Source: Candidatus Kryptoniota bacterium
GTDB taxonomy: Bacteria; Bacteroidota; Ignavibacteria; Kryptoniales; JAKASW01
Assembly: GCA_024641705.1 (NCBI GenBank)
Contig: JAHECO010000003.1
Span: 75,826-139,825, forward strand
DNA length: 64,000 nt
Reading direction: 5' to 3'
In this document: piece after piece, positions 10,985 through 19,592 of the stretch
Position numbering within the stretch: position 1 is the stretch's first letter
Layout: each line of letters begins with the position of its first letter
Made by a program: the position numbers and the translations under genes
The notes under the pieces: model-generated
The model's input: only the letters and a program-made list of their open reading frames with translations
Told to the model about the DNA's origin: nothing
The model's database searches: none

Positions 10985-12532
10985 TTACCTCTCGCTGTCC
11001 CCGTTGTACTTGATCTGGTACAGGTCGGTTCTGCGGTCGCGCCAGTTCAGGACGCTTCCCGTCTGCCGGTGACGCTTCAGCAGTTCGAGGTCCACATCTT
11101 CGAATATCACCGTTTCTATATTCGGTGTCGCTTCTGCCTGGATGGCGTCGCGTGAAAAGGGAATATCGGAAGGCGTGAAGATGGCGGACTGGGCGTAATT
11201 TATGTCGAGGTTCTCGACGTCGGGGAGATTCCCGGCGTTTCCGGCGATCGCGACATAAACGTGGTTCTCGACGCATCGTGCCTGCGCACAATACCTGACA
11301 CGCAGGTAGGCGTAACGCTCGTCGGTGCAGAACGGTACGAAAATTATTTGCGCACCTTTTTCCGCCGCAATTCGACCAAGCTCGGGAAACTCCACGTCGT
11401 AGCAGATCTGGATGGAGATTTTCCCCTTGTCGGTATCGAACACCTCCAGCTTGTTTCCGGGTTTCACCCCCCACCAGTGTCTTTCGTTCGGCGTGATGTG
11501 GAGCTTGTACTGCTTTCCGATCGTACCGTCGCGCCGGAAAAGATAGGAGATGTTGTATAGGTTGTCCTCTTCCACGGTGAAGTGCGAGCCGCCGATGATG
11601 TTGACGTTGAATGTCGTTGCCAGCCTGTTGAACAACTCAAGGTACTTCGGTGTGAACTCGGACAGCCGTCTCATTGCGAGCGCGGGGCGCTCCTTCGGGA
11701 AGAAGGAGAGCAGCTGTGTCGTGAACATCTCGGGAAAGAGGACGAAATCCGCCCGGTAGTCCGAAGCGACGTCCACGAAGTACTCGCACTGGCGCGCGAA
11801 CTCGTCGAAACTGTGAATCATCCTCATCTGGTACTGCACGGCGCAGATCCTGACGGGGCTGACGGGGACGAAGGTCCGCGAGGTGTCAGGGTTGAAATCG
11901 AGGTTGGTCCATTCGAGGAACGTTGCATACCCTCTCGAGTCCTGGTCGCTGGTCAGGTAGTTCGGGATGAGCCGCTTCAGCACGAACCCGTTCGAGATTT
12001 GCGTGGTGAGGACAGGATCGTACAACACCTTCTGCGTTACTTTGTCGACGTACTCGCGTGCGGGCATCTTTTCGGCGTGCGCGCCGTACCCGGGGATCCT
12101 TCCCCCGATGATGATGCGCATGAGGTTCTTCTGTCTTGCCAGCTGCTTCCGTGCTTCATACAGGCGCCTCGCCAGCTTGAGGCCGCGGAATTTCGGGTCG
12201 ACCATTATCTCTATGCCATAGAGAGTGTTCCCGTCAGGGTTATGGTTGCGTATGAAGCCGTTGTCCGCTATCTCCTTCCAGCTGTGCCACTCGGAGTAAA
12301 GCGCGAAATCGAGTATGAGGCTGCTCGAAGAAGCAACGACATGCCCCTCGTACTCGACGCATATCTGTCCCTCCGGGAAATTCGTAAGCTGGCTCCGGAA
12401 TTGTTCCGGCGACCAGGTCTTCATGCCCGGGAAGCATTTGAGCTGCAGCGCGGTGACTTCATCGTAGTCCGATTCCCGCAGCGGCCTTACGGTTATGCTG
12501 CGCTCGAAAGATTTGAGATTCAGCTTCTTCAA
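10985..12532 (-). CDS. bifunctional GNAT acetyltransferase / carbon-nitrogen hydrolase (nitrilase superfamily) protein
   Basis: N-terminal GNAT fold ([18 protein letters not shown]). The C-terminal CN-hydrolase has E..K..C elements ([20 protein letters not shown]). Confidence 0.8.
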   Translation of the reverse strand: MKKLNLKSFERSITVRPLRESDYDEVTALQLKCFPGMKTWSPEQFRSQLTNFPEGQICVEYEGHVVASSSSLILDFALYSEWHSWKEIADNGFIRNHNPDGNTLYGIEIMVDPKFRGLKLARRLYEARKQLARQKNLMRIIIGGRIPGYGAHAEKMPAREYVDKVTQKVLYDPVLTTQISNGFVLKRLIPNYLTSDQDSRGYATFLEWTNLDFNPDTSRTFVPVSPVRICAVQYQMRMIHSFDEFARQCEYFVDVASDYRADFVLFPEMFTTQLLSFFPKERPALAMRRLSEFTPKYLELFNRLATTFNVNIIGGSHFTVEEDNLYNISYLFRRDGTIGKQYKLHITPNERHWWGVKPGNKLEVFDTDKGKISIQICYDVEFPELGRIAAEKGAQIIFVPFCTDERYAYLRVRYCAQARCVENHVYVAIAGNAGNLPDVENLDINYAQSAIFTPSDIPFSRDAIQAEATPNIETVIFEDVDLELLKRHRQTGSVLNWRDRRTDLYQIKYNGDSER

Positions 12533-12703
12533 CGGATTCCTCCTGCTTGTCTGTCATAATCTACCACAAGGCTTCGGGATGAACAAAGCCTGGAGGGATA
12601 TCGTGTTGCCCGGGAGCAATATAAGAAATCAAACCCGTCATTCGATGCTTAGTCTGAAGCGTGCAACGGACGGGTCCTGCGTCATTTGGGATATCTGGAT
12701 GCA

Positions 12704-12832
12704 GAGGCTGTCCAGAAAGTCTTGTCTGTCATGCTGAACGAAGTGAAGCATCCATTTTTCAGAACGAATAAGTGGATTCTTCAGTCGCTCCGCTCCTTCA
12801 GAATGACATTTTCCTTGTTTTGGGACAACCTC
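12704..12832 (+). mobile_element. 129-bp MITE-like element, copy 1
   Basis: By direct comparison it is 129/129 identical to the reverse complement of 40980..41108. Imperfect terminal inverted repeats (gaggctgtccagaaag / gaggttgtcccaaaac) and an internal palindrome. Intergenic. Confidence 0.65.
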
Positions 12833-12964
12833 GACCTACATTATGGTTTCATTCCGGCCGGCCGCCGCAATTCCGGTCCCGTAGTTATCTTGACGTTCAG
12901 GAGCAGTGAACGAATTGTGCCACAATACGTCCATATGGACAAAAAGCCGTCATGGAGACTTCAG

Positions 12965-13714
12965 ATGAAAACCTCTGGAAACACGGTCCTGATCACCGGC
13001 GGTGGAACCGGTATCGGGTTCTGTATCGCCGAAGAATTCGTAAGATCAGGGAACGAAGTAATTATTTGCGGGAGAAGGGAAGAGAAGCTGAGAGAGGCGA
13101 AGGCGAAACTCCCGCAGATCCACACGAAGCAGTGTGACGTCTCGAATGCGAAAGACCGGGAAGCACTGTTCAATTGGGTGACAGCGAATTTCAAAGGGAT
13201 CAACATCCTCGTGAACAACGCCGGCGTTCAGAGGATGATAGACTTCAAGAAAGGCGTCGCGGAACTTGCAAGGCACGAGGACGAGGTGGACATCAACCTG
13301 ACAGCGACGATCCAGCTCTCGGCGTATTTCATCCCGGCCTTCATGCAGCGGAAGGAGTCCGCTATCGTCAATGTCTCTTCCGGACTGGCATTCATCCCGC
13401 TTGCCATCATGCCGGTCTACTGTGCGACGAAGGCTGCGCTGCATTCGTTCAGCATCTCGCTGAGGCACCAGCTGAAGGACACGCCGGTGAAAGTGTTCGA
13501 GGTAATACCGCCCACCGTCGACACTGAGCTCGACAAAGGGACGCGTGCGCAGAGAAACATGACCTACAGGGGGATCCCTCCTTCCGAAGTCGCGACAGCA
13601 ACCATGAAAGCTCTGGCTGACGACGAGTTCGAGTGTGCGGTCGGTCAGGCGCAAGGCCTGATGGATGCATCGCGGTCCAACTTCGCCGAGCAGTTCGGCC
13701 GAATGAACCACTGA
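12965..13714 (+). CDS. SDR family oxidoreductase
   Basis: TGGGTGIG cofactor motif, NNAG, and YCATKAA (YxxxK). Trimmed to the ATG at 12965, because the upstream part of the ORF is the MITE read through. Confidence 0.8.
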   Translation: MKTSGNTVLITGGGTGIGFCIAEEFVRSGNEVIICGRREEKLREAKAKLPQIHTKQCDVSNAKDREALFNWVTANFKGINILVNNAGVQRMIDFKKGVAELARHEDEVDINLTATIQLSAYFIPAFMQRKESAIVNVSSGLAFIPLAIMPVYCATKAALHSFSISLRHQLKDTPVKVFEVIPPTVDTELDKGTRAQRNMTYRGIPPSEVATATMKALADDEFECAVGQAQGLMDASRSNFAEQFGRMNH

Positions 13715-13717
13715 ACT

Positions 13718-13786
13718 GAACCACAGAGACATCGAGGCACAGAGAGAAAGAAACTTGACTTTCCGTGTCTCTGCAACTCCGTGGTT
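13718..13786. repeat. REP-like hairpin element (ccacagagaca...tgtctc..cgtggtt family), copy A
   Basis: Imperfect palindrome directly after the SDR stop codon. A related copy lies at 35434..35500. Confidence 0.45.
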
Positions 13787-13900
13787 TTATTATATTTGTT
13801 GGACCTCGGGTTCGGCGCGAGGTTAGGTTGCTGGCGTCACGCCGCGAAATGAACCTTAATCCCCATTATTAACGGCGTCCCCGGACGCAGGAGTATTTGG

Positions 13901-16123
13901 ATGAAGAGATTTTTGTTCTGCTTTCTTGCGCTGCTGGTTGTCGCCGGAGCGAGCGACGGCATGGCGCAATCCAGGCGACACCGCGCTGTGAGTTTCACGA
14001 TTTCGAAGGACCGACTTGCGGTCAACTGGGGAGATGAGACGCGGCTTCTCGGCGGGGTTCCGGAGATTCAGGGAAGCACGGGCACCACGGGCGCTGCCTG
14101 TACCGCCGCGAATGATTCCACATTTCACTTCCGGCTCGGGAACGGAGAGAAGCTGGGAATTATGGTGAGGCAGCAGGACCACCAGAATGTTGCGGGCTTA
14201 TTCCTCATTACAAACGGCAACAGGCCGCCCGACGGCGACGATTATCTCGGATTCTTCTTTGATGGGATGCCGGGTTATAAGGAGGGAGTATGTTACTGGT
14301 TCATGCAGGACTGGAACCCGTGGACGAAGCCAATGAAAGTTGAGAAGATCGCCGATTTCCCCGACCACGGCGTTCAGTTCTTTCTATGGCAATACGATGA
14401 CGGGACATACGGGGCGGCAATGCCTCTGAGCGGGAACGGATATGAGACGGCGCTCGGGAGGAGCGAGCGCGGCATAGGAGCAAAATCGGTGAGCGGTTAC
14501 TCCGCTTCGAAAGCATCGGAAGTTCCGATGCTGGCTGTCGGCTTCGGCAAGGACCCGTACAACCTTATCTCCGAACTTTATCACGACGGCCTTTCCATGA
14601 TGGGAAGGGGCAGTGACCTCAGGATACACAAGAAATATCCGAAGATCTTCGAGTACTTCGGCTGGTGCTCGTGGAACGCGTCGAACAACGGCAGGGACGT
14701 CGGCTCCCCGCTCCTTCTGGAGGCAGCCCGGTCTTTTCATGATAATGGTTTTCCTCTACCATGGGTCATCGTCGACGACGGCTGGCTGCAGAAGAATAAC
14801 GAAGGAGCCTTAACGAGCTACCGGCCGGACACATCCAAGTTCCCCGGCGGGTTCAAGCCGGTGATTCAGAAGTTGAAGAGGGATTACGGCGTCAAATATG
14901 TCGGCGTGTGGCACACGATCAACGGGTACTGGAACGGGATCGATTCAAGCTCGACGCTGGGGCGTAAGTTCGCCGGCGACATGTTCGCGTGGACGGTGAG
15001 AAACCACAAAGGAAAGACGACAAGGTTCCACTTCGTCTCTCCTTATACGGGTGCGCTCGCCCGATTTTACGGGAGCTGGTACAAATATCTGAGGGGACAG
15101 GGAGTGGATTTTGTCAAAGTGGATAATCAGCTCTCGATACCGCAGATGGCGAGGGGAAACTTTCCCGTGTTTAGTTTTGCGAGCCGGATCCATGACGAGC
15201 TGAACAAAGAGGTGTGGAAATATTTCGGAGGTGCCATAATCAATTGCATGGACATGGGGAACAACGCGTACTACAACTTCGGGTCGACGGCAATCGCCCG
15301 CAATGAAGAGGATTATTTTCCATATGAACCTGGCGAAAGTTATAACATCATGCGCGGCAATGCCGCCGTGCATGTGTTGGGTGCCGTGACAAATTCTCTC
15401 TGGTTCGGACAGATGGTTTACCCGGATTACGACGAGTTCGAAAGCTGCAACCCGAACAGCGTGTTTCACGCAATTGCCCGCGCGATAAGCGACGGTCCCG
15501 TTTACATCACGGACAAGCCCGGGAAGCAGGACTTCGGCGTTCTGTGGCCGCTCGTCTACCGGAACGGGAAGATAATCCGCACCGACGAGCCCGCCAGGTC
15601 GACGCAGGACTGCCTCTTCCAGGTCCAGGATCCGAAGCCGTTCAAGGCCTTCAGCATGTCGGGCAAGGTCGGCGTTCTCGCCGTGTGGAACCTTGCCGAC
15701 GCTGATTCCGTCAGCGGCACTTTCAAGCCGGCCGATGTGCACGGCATTCGCGGCGACAAGTTCCTCGTATATGAATATTTCTCGAAGTCCCACATGATTG
15801 TCGGGAGAGAGCAGGATGTTCCTCTCAAACTCGGGAGGATGGGATACAGGCTGTATTATGTCTCCCCGATCACCGACGGTTTCGCACCTGTCGGCTTGGG
15901 CGACAAGTACAACGCACCGGGAACGATCGAAAAGTTACGGCGTAAAGGGAATGTCGTGACTATAAGGGTCGGAGAGTCGGGTCCGTTCATCGCGTACTCT
16001 TCGAAGTCTCCGAAAGAGGTGAGTGTGAACGGCTCGAAGTGCGGCTTCAAGTACGCTGACGGAATAATCTCTGTAGATATGAAGGAAACGCTCGAGAGCC
16101 CGGTGATACGCATAACATTCTAG
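13901..16123 (+). CDS. secreted GH36-like raffinose-synthase/Sip1-type alpha-galactosidase family protein
   Basis: Signal peptide MKRFLFCFLALLVVAGA. FGWCSWNA, VIVDDGW and FVKVDNQ motifs are typical of the raffinose synthase / GH36 family. Confidence 0.7.
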   Translation: MKRFLFCFLALLVVAGASDGMAQSRRHRAVSFTISKDRLAVNWGDETRLLGGVPEIQGSTGTTGAACTAANDSTFHFRLGNGEKLGIMVRQQDHQNVAGLFLITNGNRPPDGDDYLGFFFDGMPGYKEGVCYWFMQDWNPWTKPMKVEKIADFPDHGVQFFLWQYDDGTYGAAMPLSGNGYETALGRSERGIGAKSVSGYSASKASEVPMLAVGFGKDPYNLISELYHDGLSMMGRGSDLRIHKKYPKIFEYFGWCSWNASNNGRDVGSPLLLEAARSFHDNGFPLPWVIVDDGWLQKNNEGALTSYRPDTSKFPGGFKPVIQKLKRDYGVKYVGVWHTINGYWNGIDSSSTLGRKFAGDMFAWTVRNHKGKTTRFHFVSPYTGALARFYGSWYKYLRGQGVDFVKVDNQLSIPQMARGNFPVFSFASRIHDELNKEVWKYFGGAIINCMDMGNNAYYNFGSTAIARNEEDYFPYEPGESYNIMRGNAAVHVLGAVTNSLWFGQMVYPDYDEFESCNPNSVFHAIARAISDGPVYITDKPGKQDFGVLWPLVYRNGKIIRTDEPARSTQDCLFQVQDPKPFKAFSMSGKVGVLAVWNLADADSVSGTFKPADVHGIRGDKFLVYEYFSKSHMIVGREQDVPLKLGRMGYRLYYVSPITDGFAPVGLGDKYNAPGTIEKLRRKGNVVTIRVGESGPFIAYSSKSPKEVSVNGSKCGFKYADGIISVDMKETLESPVIRITF

Positions 16124-16301
16124 CCTCTTCCGGGCAACTAGGTCGGTTCCGAATTCGGCGGGAAAGCCCATCTTCCGTCTTATGCCAGCCCCCTTGTGGG
16201 TGGTGCATTTGAAAAAGCTGGCTGTTAGATTTATTCGCAATTCGTTCACGGAGAGCCGGTGTTGCTCTTCGTGGACAAGGTTGATCGAAAGGAGGCGCGA
16301 C

Positions 16302-16727
16302 ATGAAACAAATAGTTGCGAGATGCGGGTTCAGGTGCGATGAGTGTATGGCGTATGCCGCGAACAACCGTTCGCGCGACGACCAGGCGAGGGTTGCATCG
16401 GCATGGTCGAAATATTTCGGACTCAAGATTTCCCCGGAAAAGATCCGCTGCAACGGATGCTTCGGTGAGCGCTGCGCGGAATACGACCTTCCCGAATCGT
16501 CGTGCGCGGTGCGAGCCTGCGTGACGGAGCGTGGGATGAATACATGCGCTGATTGCTACGACTACCCCTGTGAGAAGATCGAGTCGAGGATGAACGGTGT
16601 CGAGGAGGTGATCAGGCGTTTCAGGGAGAAGATCACACACGATGAGTTCGATACCTTCATCGGGCCGTACGACGCGCGTAAGACGCTGAACGAGATCAGG
16701 GACCGCAGGGTGGACAGGATAGATTAG
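16302..16727 (+). CDS. DUF3795 domain protein (Cys-rich)
   Basis: ARCGFRCDECMAY..CNGC..CADCYDYPC pattern. GGAGG lies 6 nt upstream of the ATG at 16302. Confidence 0.7.
   Translation: MKQIVARCGFRCDECMAYAANNRSRDDQARVASAWSKYFGLKISPEKIRCNGCFGERCAEYDLPESSCAVRACVTERGMNTCADCYDYPCEKIESRMNGVEEVIRRFREKITHDEFDTFIGPYDARKTLNEIRDRRVDRID
16680..16726 (+). repeat. direct repeat, left copy (3' end of DUF3795 gene)
   Basis: aagacgctgaacgagatcagggaccgcagggtggacaggatagatta recurs at 18687..18733, with a 32-nt perfect core. Confidence 0.75.
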
Positions 16728-16777
16728 GGCAAACTCGCTTCGGCAGGTATTCTCTTTAATGTAACGCCGCATCGCGG

Positions 16778-16806
16778 TTGAAAACATTGAACGTCTTGTG
16801 TATAAT
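16778..16806 (+). promoter_or_regulatory. near-consensus sigma-70 promoter for the methyltransferase
   Basis: TTGAAA (16778-83), a 17-nt spacer, then tgtgTATAAT (16801-06). This lies inside the upstream part of ORF 16778..18202 and argues for the ATG at 16826. Confidence 0.4.
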
Positions 16807-16825
16807 GTCATACAAACAATTACCC

Positions 16826-18202
16826 ATGGAAAAACGTAGACTCAACAAAGCCAGACGTCCCAAGGTGTCGGAACTCAAAGCTGATTTTATCTCGGTGCCT
16901 CGTGTGAAAGGGGCCGCGGAAGGTGTTGTACTGAGAGAACTGAAGACTCTACTCTCTGAGGATCTCGGATTCCACGACGCGCCCGTCAATAACGGTAGAC
17001 ACAATTTCCACTCTTTTCCTGCAAAGTTTCCTCCGCAGTTGCCGCGTCGCTTTATTGAGAGCTTGACTTCCCCCGGCGATCTCGTCCTGGATCCCATGTC
17101 GGGATCTGGTACTACGGTTGTGGAGGCGATCTCAACAGCCAGAATCGGAATTGGATTTGATATCGACCCCTTGGCTCTACTGATAGGCAAGGTGAAAACG
17201 ACTCATCTCGATCCAATCGCCGTGGAGCGCGAGGCGCACAGAGTAGCGGAGAAAGCTGAGCTGTCTTTGCTGAAGCCGTCGTTGCTACAAAAAGAACTTG
17301 AGACGAGATTCGACAGACAGACGAGGGAATTCATAAACTATTGGTTCAGCGAAGACACACAAATTGAGCTGATGGCAATACTCTCAAGCATCGACAGCGT
17401 GGAGGATCTAAACGTAAGAGATTTCTTGAAGCTGACACTTTCTGCGATTATAGTGACGAAATCTGGCGGTGTTTCCCTTGCTTGGGACCTTGGCCATACT
17501 CGTCCTCATAAGCTTAATCAAGGAAAAGCCAAGGGCTACAAGGCGGCGATTCCCGAATTCGAGAAACGAGCGGCCAAGAATATTTCGAGCATGCTTAAGC
17601 AAGGTGGATCTGCAGCGAAGGGTTACATCCTCCACGGGAACGCCGAGAGCCTTCCTTTGGAGAGCGATTGTGTCGATTTGATTGTGACATCTCCCCCATA
17701 CGCTTCAAATGCGATAGACTACATGCGAGCTCACAAGTTTTCGCTCGTGTGGCTAGGCATGGAAGTGAATCATTTAACAGAGCTCCGGAGCGGATATATC
17801 GGAAATGACAAGCTAACCGGCTACACCTTTGAGCCTTTGACTTCATTGCCCGAGCGAATCATTTCGAGGATCACCAAGATCGACCCACGAAAAGGGGGCG
17901 TGCTTCGGCGGTATTATTCTGAAATGACGCGTGTGCTGAGAGAGATGCGGAGAGTGCTGAGGCCGGGGAAAGTCGCCATAGTTGTCGTTGGTTCGTCTCT
18001 GATGCGCGGGATTGATACGGAGACAGATAGGTGTCTCGTAGAAATCGGTGAAGCGGTGGATTTGCCTTGCGCGGGCGTTGGGGTGAGATTACTCGACCGA
18101 GACAGGCGCATGATGCCAACGAGTTCGAAGACTCCGAAATCCTCGCAGATAGAAAACCGGATGCATCGAGAATTCGTGCTTGCTTTTGTGAAACCAAGTT
18201 AG
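16826..18202 (+). CDS. site-specific DNA methyltransferase (N4-C/N6-A type, SPPY motif)
   Basis: HSFPAKFPPQLP...VLDPMSGSGTTVVEA (SAM motif) is followed about 190 aa later by DLIVTSPPY (catalytic motif IV). Low-GC gene (sample lines about 40-47% GC). Confidence 0.8.
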   Translation: MEKRRLNKARRPKVSELKADFISVPRVKGAAEGVVLRELKTLLSEDLGFHDAPVNNGRHNFHSFPAKFPPQLPRRFIESLTSPGDLVLDPMSGSGTTVVEAISTARIGIGFDIDPLALLIGKVKTTHLDPIAVEREAHRVAEKAELSLLKPSLLQKELETRFDRQTREFINYWFSEDTQIELMAILSSIDSVEDLNVRDFLKLTLSAIIVTKSGGVSLAWDLGHTRPHKLNQGKAKGYKAAIPEFEKRAAKNISSMLKQGGSAAKGYILHGNAESLPLESDCVDLIVTSPPYASNAIDYMRAHKFSLVWLGMEVNHLTELRSGYIGNDKLTGYTFEPLTSLPERIISRITKIDPRKGGVLRRYYSEMTRVLREMRRVLRPGKVAIVVVGSSLMRGIDTETDRCLVEIGEAVDLPCAGVGVRLLDRDRRMMPTSSKTPKSSQIENRMHREFVLAFVKPS

Positions 18203-18227
18203 TGAGGGGAACTATGAGCACAATTGA

Positions 18228-18635
18228 GGAGATGCGGCATGGATATCATCGGAAAATATCTGCATCGCTCATATACATGAAGCAGGAAAACATACCAAGC
18301 ATAGCGAGATCCTTCACGCGAGCATCTCCTGCAAATGGACAATCCGAAGCGACAGGGCACAGAACGCCAGGACGGAAGCTCTTAATCTTATCAGAAACCG
18401 AAAAGGTAATACGCCTCACATCGCGGTAGTCACTGCCGAACCTCTTCCAAGCAGAATTGCATCTGTGGCTCTTGGGACTGGCGATATAGATTGTGTATAT
18501 CACTTTGCTTTGCAGGAGCTGCAGACTGCCGTACGAGAAGTCGGTAATGAGACGGAACAAGAGCAGCTAGAGATGATGATGAACGGTCGTCGCCTGCGGG
18601 ACATCGCGGACTTGCCTTTCGATTTGGCTATCTAA
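18228..18635 (+). pseudogene. 5'-truncated NgoMIV/Cfr10I-family (CCGG-type) restriction endonuclease relic
   Basis: Frame-3 open stretch with no start codon: ...ASISCKWTIRSDRAQNARTEALNL...DLPFDLAI*. It has S-x-K, then R-S-D-R, then E 14 residues after the K, as in this family. Only 35 codons precede the SCK, so the upstream catalytic Asp region is missing. Confidence 0.55.
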
Positions 18636-18686
18636 GTTCCTACCGCAACATTCCGCTCCCGCTGCCTGCTGCCTTATGCCGAACGA

Positions 18687-18733
18687 AAGACACTCAACGA
18701 AATCAGGGACCGCAGGGTGGACAGGATAGATTA
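18687..18733 (+). repeat. direct repeat, right copy (duplicate 3' end of DUF3795 gene)
   Basis: It encodes ..ERKTLNEIRDRRVDRID* in frame, matching the end of the DUF3795 protein. Confidence 0.75.
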
Positions 18734-18985
18734 AGCCGGGTCCGAGCCGTCGAACCATTGACTCGTGTGACCGCATCCCGGCCGTACGTCCAGGCGAACG
18801 CCGGGAGGTCAAGTCCTTTCGGTTCATCGCGAGGGGGAATGCGAAAAATCGCGGGAATAAACGATTCAGAGGTAGCGAAGCGCCGAGCAAAGGCGATTGA
18901 GTTCGAAACATAGACGGTTGAACTCGGATCAAAGGCATTCGCGTGTGACACAATGTCAAAAATAAGTCGAGCAGAGGAGTTCACA

Positions 18986-19237
18986 TGGCAAACAATGGAG
19001 TTCAGATGCGAAACATTGCCGGCAACATGCCGAACAATGGCATCTGAGAGCCGAACAATGCGATCCGAACACGAAACATTGCGGATTGAAAGTGATTCAC
19101 AGCACATCGAAGGTCAAGCATTGCCGTGCGAACCAGAAGCAATGTGGATCGAGCCGGAAGCATTGCACTTCGTAGCCTTAGCAATGGATATCACGGCTCA
19201 ATCGATGACGGTCGCGAGTGACAAAATGGCACGAGCG
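18986..19237. repeat. tandem array of 12 degenerate 21-bp units
   Basis: Units align by hand. A CA(A/T)TG core at unit positions 8-12 is present in 10/12 units, preceded by gaa/gaag, and most units end cgaa. Confidence 0.7.
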
Positions 19238-19427
19238 GGTCGATCGGAGAGGAGCACGGGTGGTTCATCGAGGGATGGGGCTGGATCAATGTGGAACGAG
19301 GAAGAATTCGAGGGGGATGTGCTTTGTTCGATGGCGGGCGATCTTAGGGGTCGGCGAGCGTTTGCTTTCTCTTCGGGGAAGAGGGTGTCTATCGGAACCG
19401 TGTCGCTGAGCTGGACTGTCGGCTCGT

Positions 19428-19468
19428 CCGGGAGAGGGAATCTGAAAGCTATCTGAGTCGGCTCCATG
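19428..19468 (+). repeat. 41-bp direct repeat, copy 1 (flanks RAYT gene)
   Basis: 35/41 identical to 20211..20251. Confidence 0.6.
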
Positions 19469-19592
19469 ATTAACCGACCGTGTTTTTGCTGTGAGTTGCC
19501 ATTGGTTTATTGAAATATAGTAAGAAGGAGAGGGGAATTGCTGAAAAGCAGGATTGGGGCTTAACCGATGGCCGGGTCTCTTTACCGGCTTA

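Noticed and set aside
16778-16825. Longer methyltransferase start (TTG 16778 or ATG 16805) as given by the ORF track
   Set aside because: These codons coincide with the -35 and -10 hexamers of a near-consensus promoter. The first ATG downstream of the predicted transcription start is 16826.
18067-18560. Track ORFs 18067..18429(+) and 18246..18560(-) as genes downstream of the methyltransferase
   Set aside because: Neither has motifs. Both overlap the frame-3 stretch that carries the NgoMIV-like SCK/RSDR/E signature, which explains the open frames better.
16740-18740. tRNA or tmRNA gene as the integration target of the methyltransferase island
   Set aside because: The duplicated segment is in frame with, and identical to, the 3' end of the DUF3795 coding sequence. 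No cloverleaf-like sequence (T-loop GGTTCGAATCC-type) is present nearby.
18986-19237. Possible CRISPR array
   Set aside because: The units are contiguous 21-mers with no unique spacers between conserved repeats. There are no cas genes in the window.
18953-19456. 167-aa ORF that translates the 21-bp array as a heptad-repeat protein
   Set aside because: ORFs on both strands are open across the array and all translate as heptads. The conserved positions are a DNA word (CAWTG) rather than a codon-position pattern. There is no RBS or recognisable domain, so I treated it as a DNA repeat.
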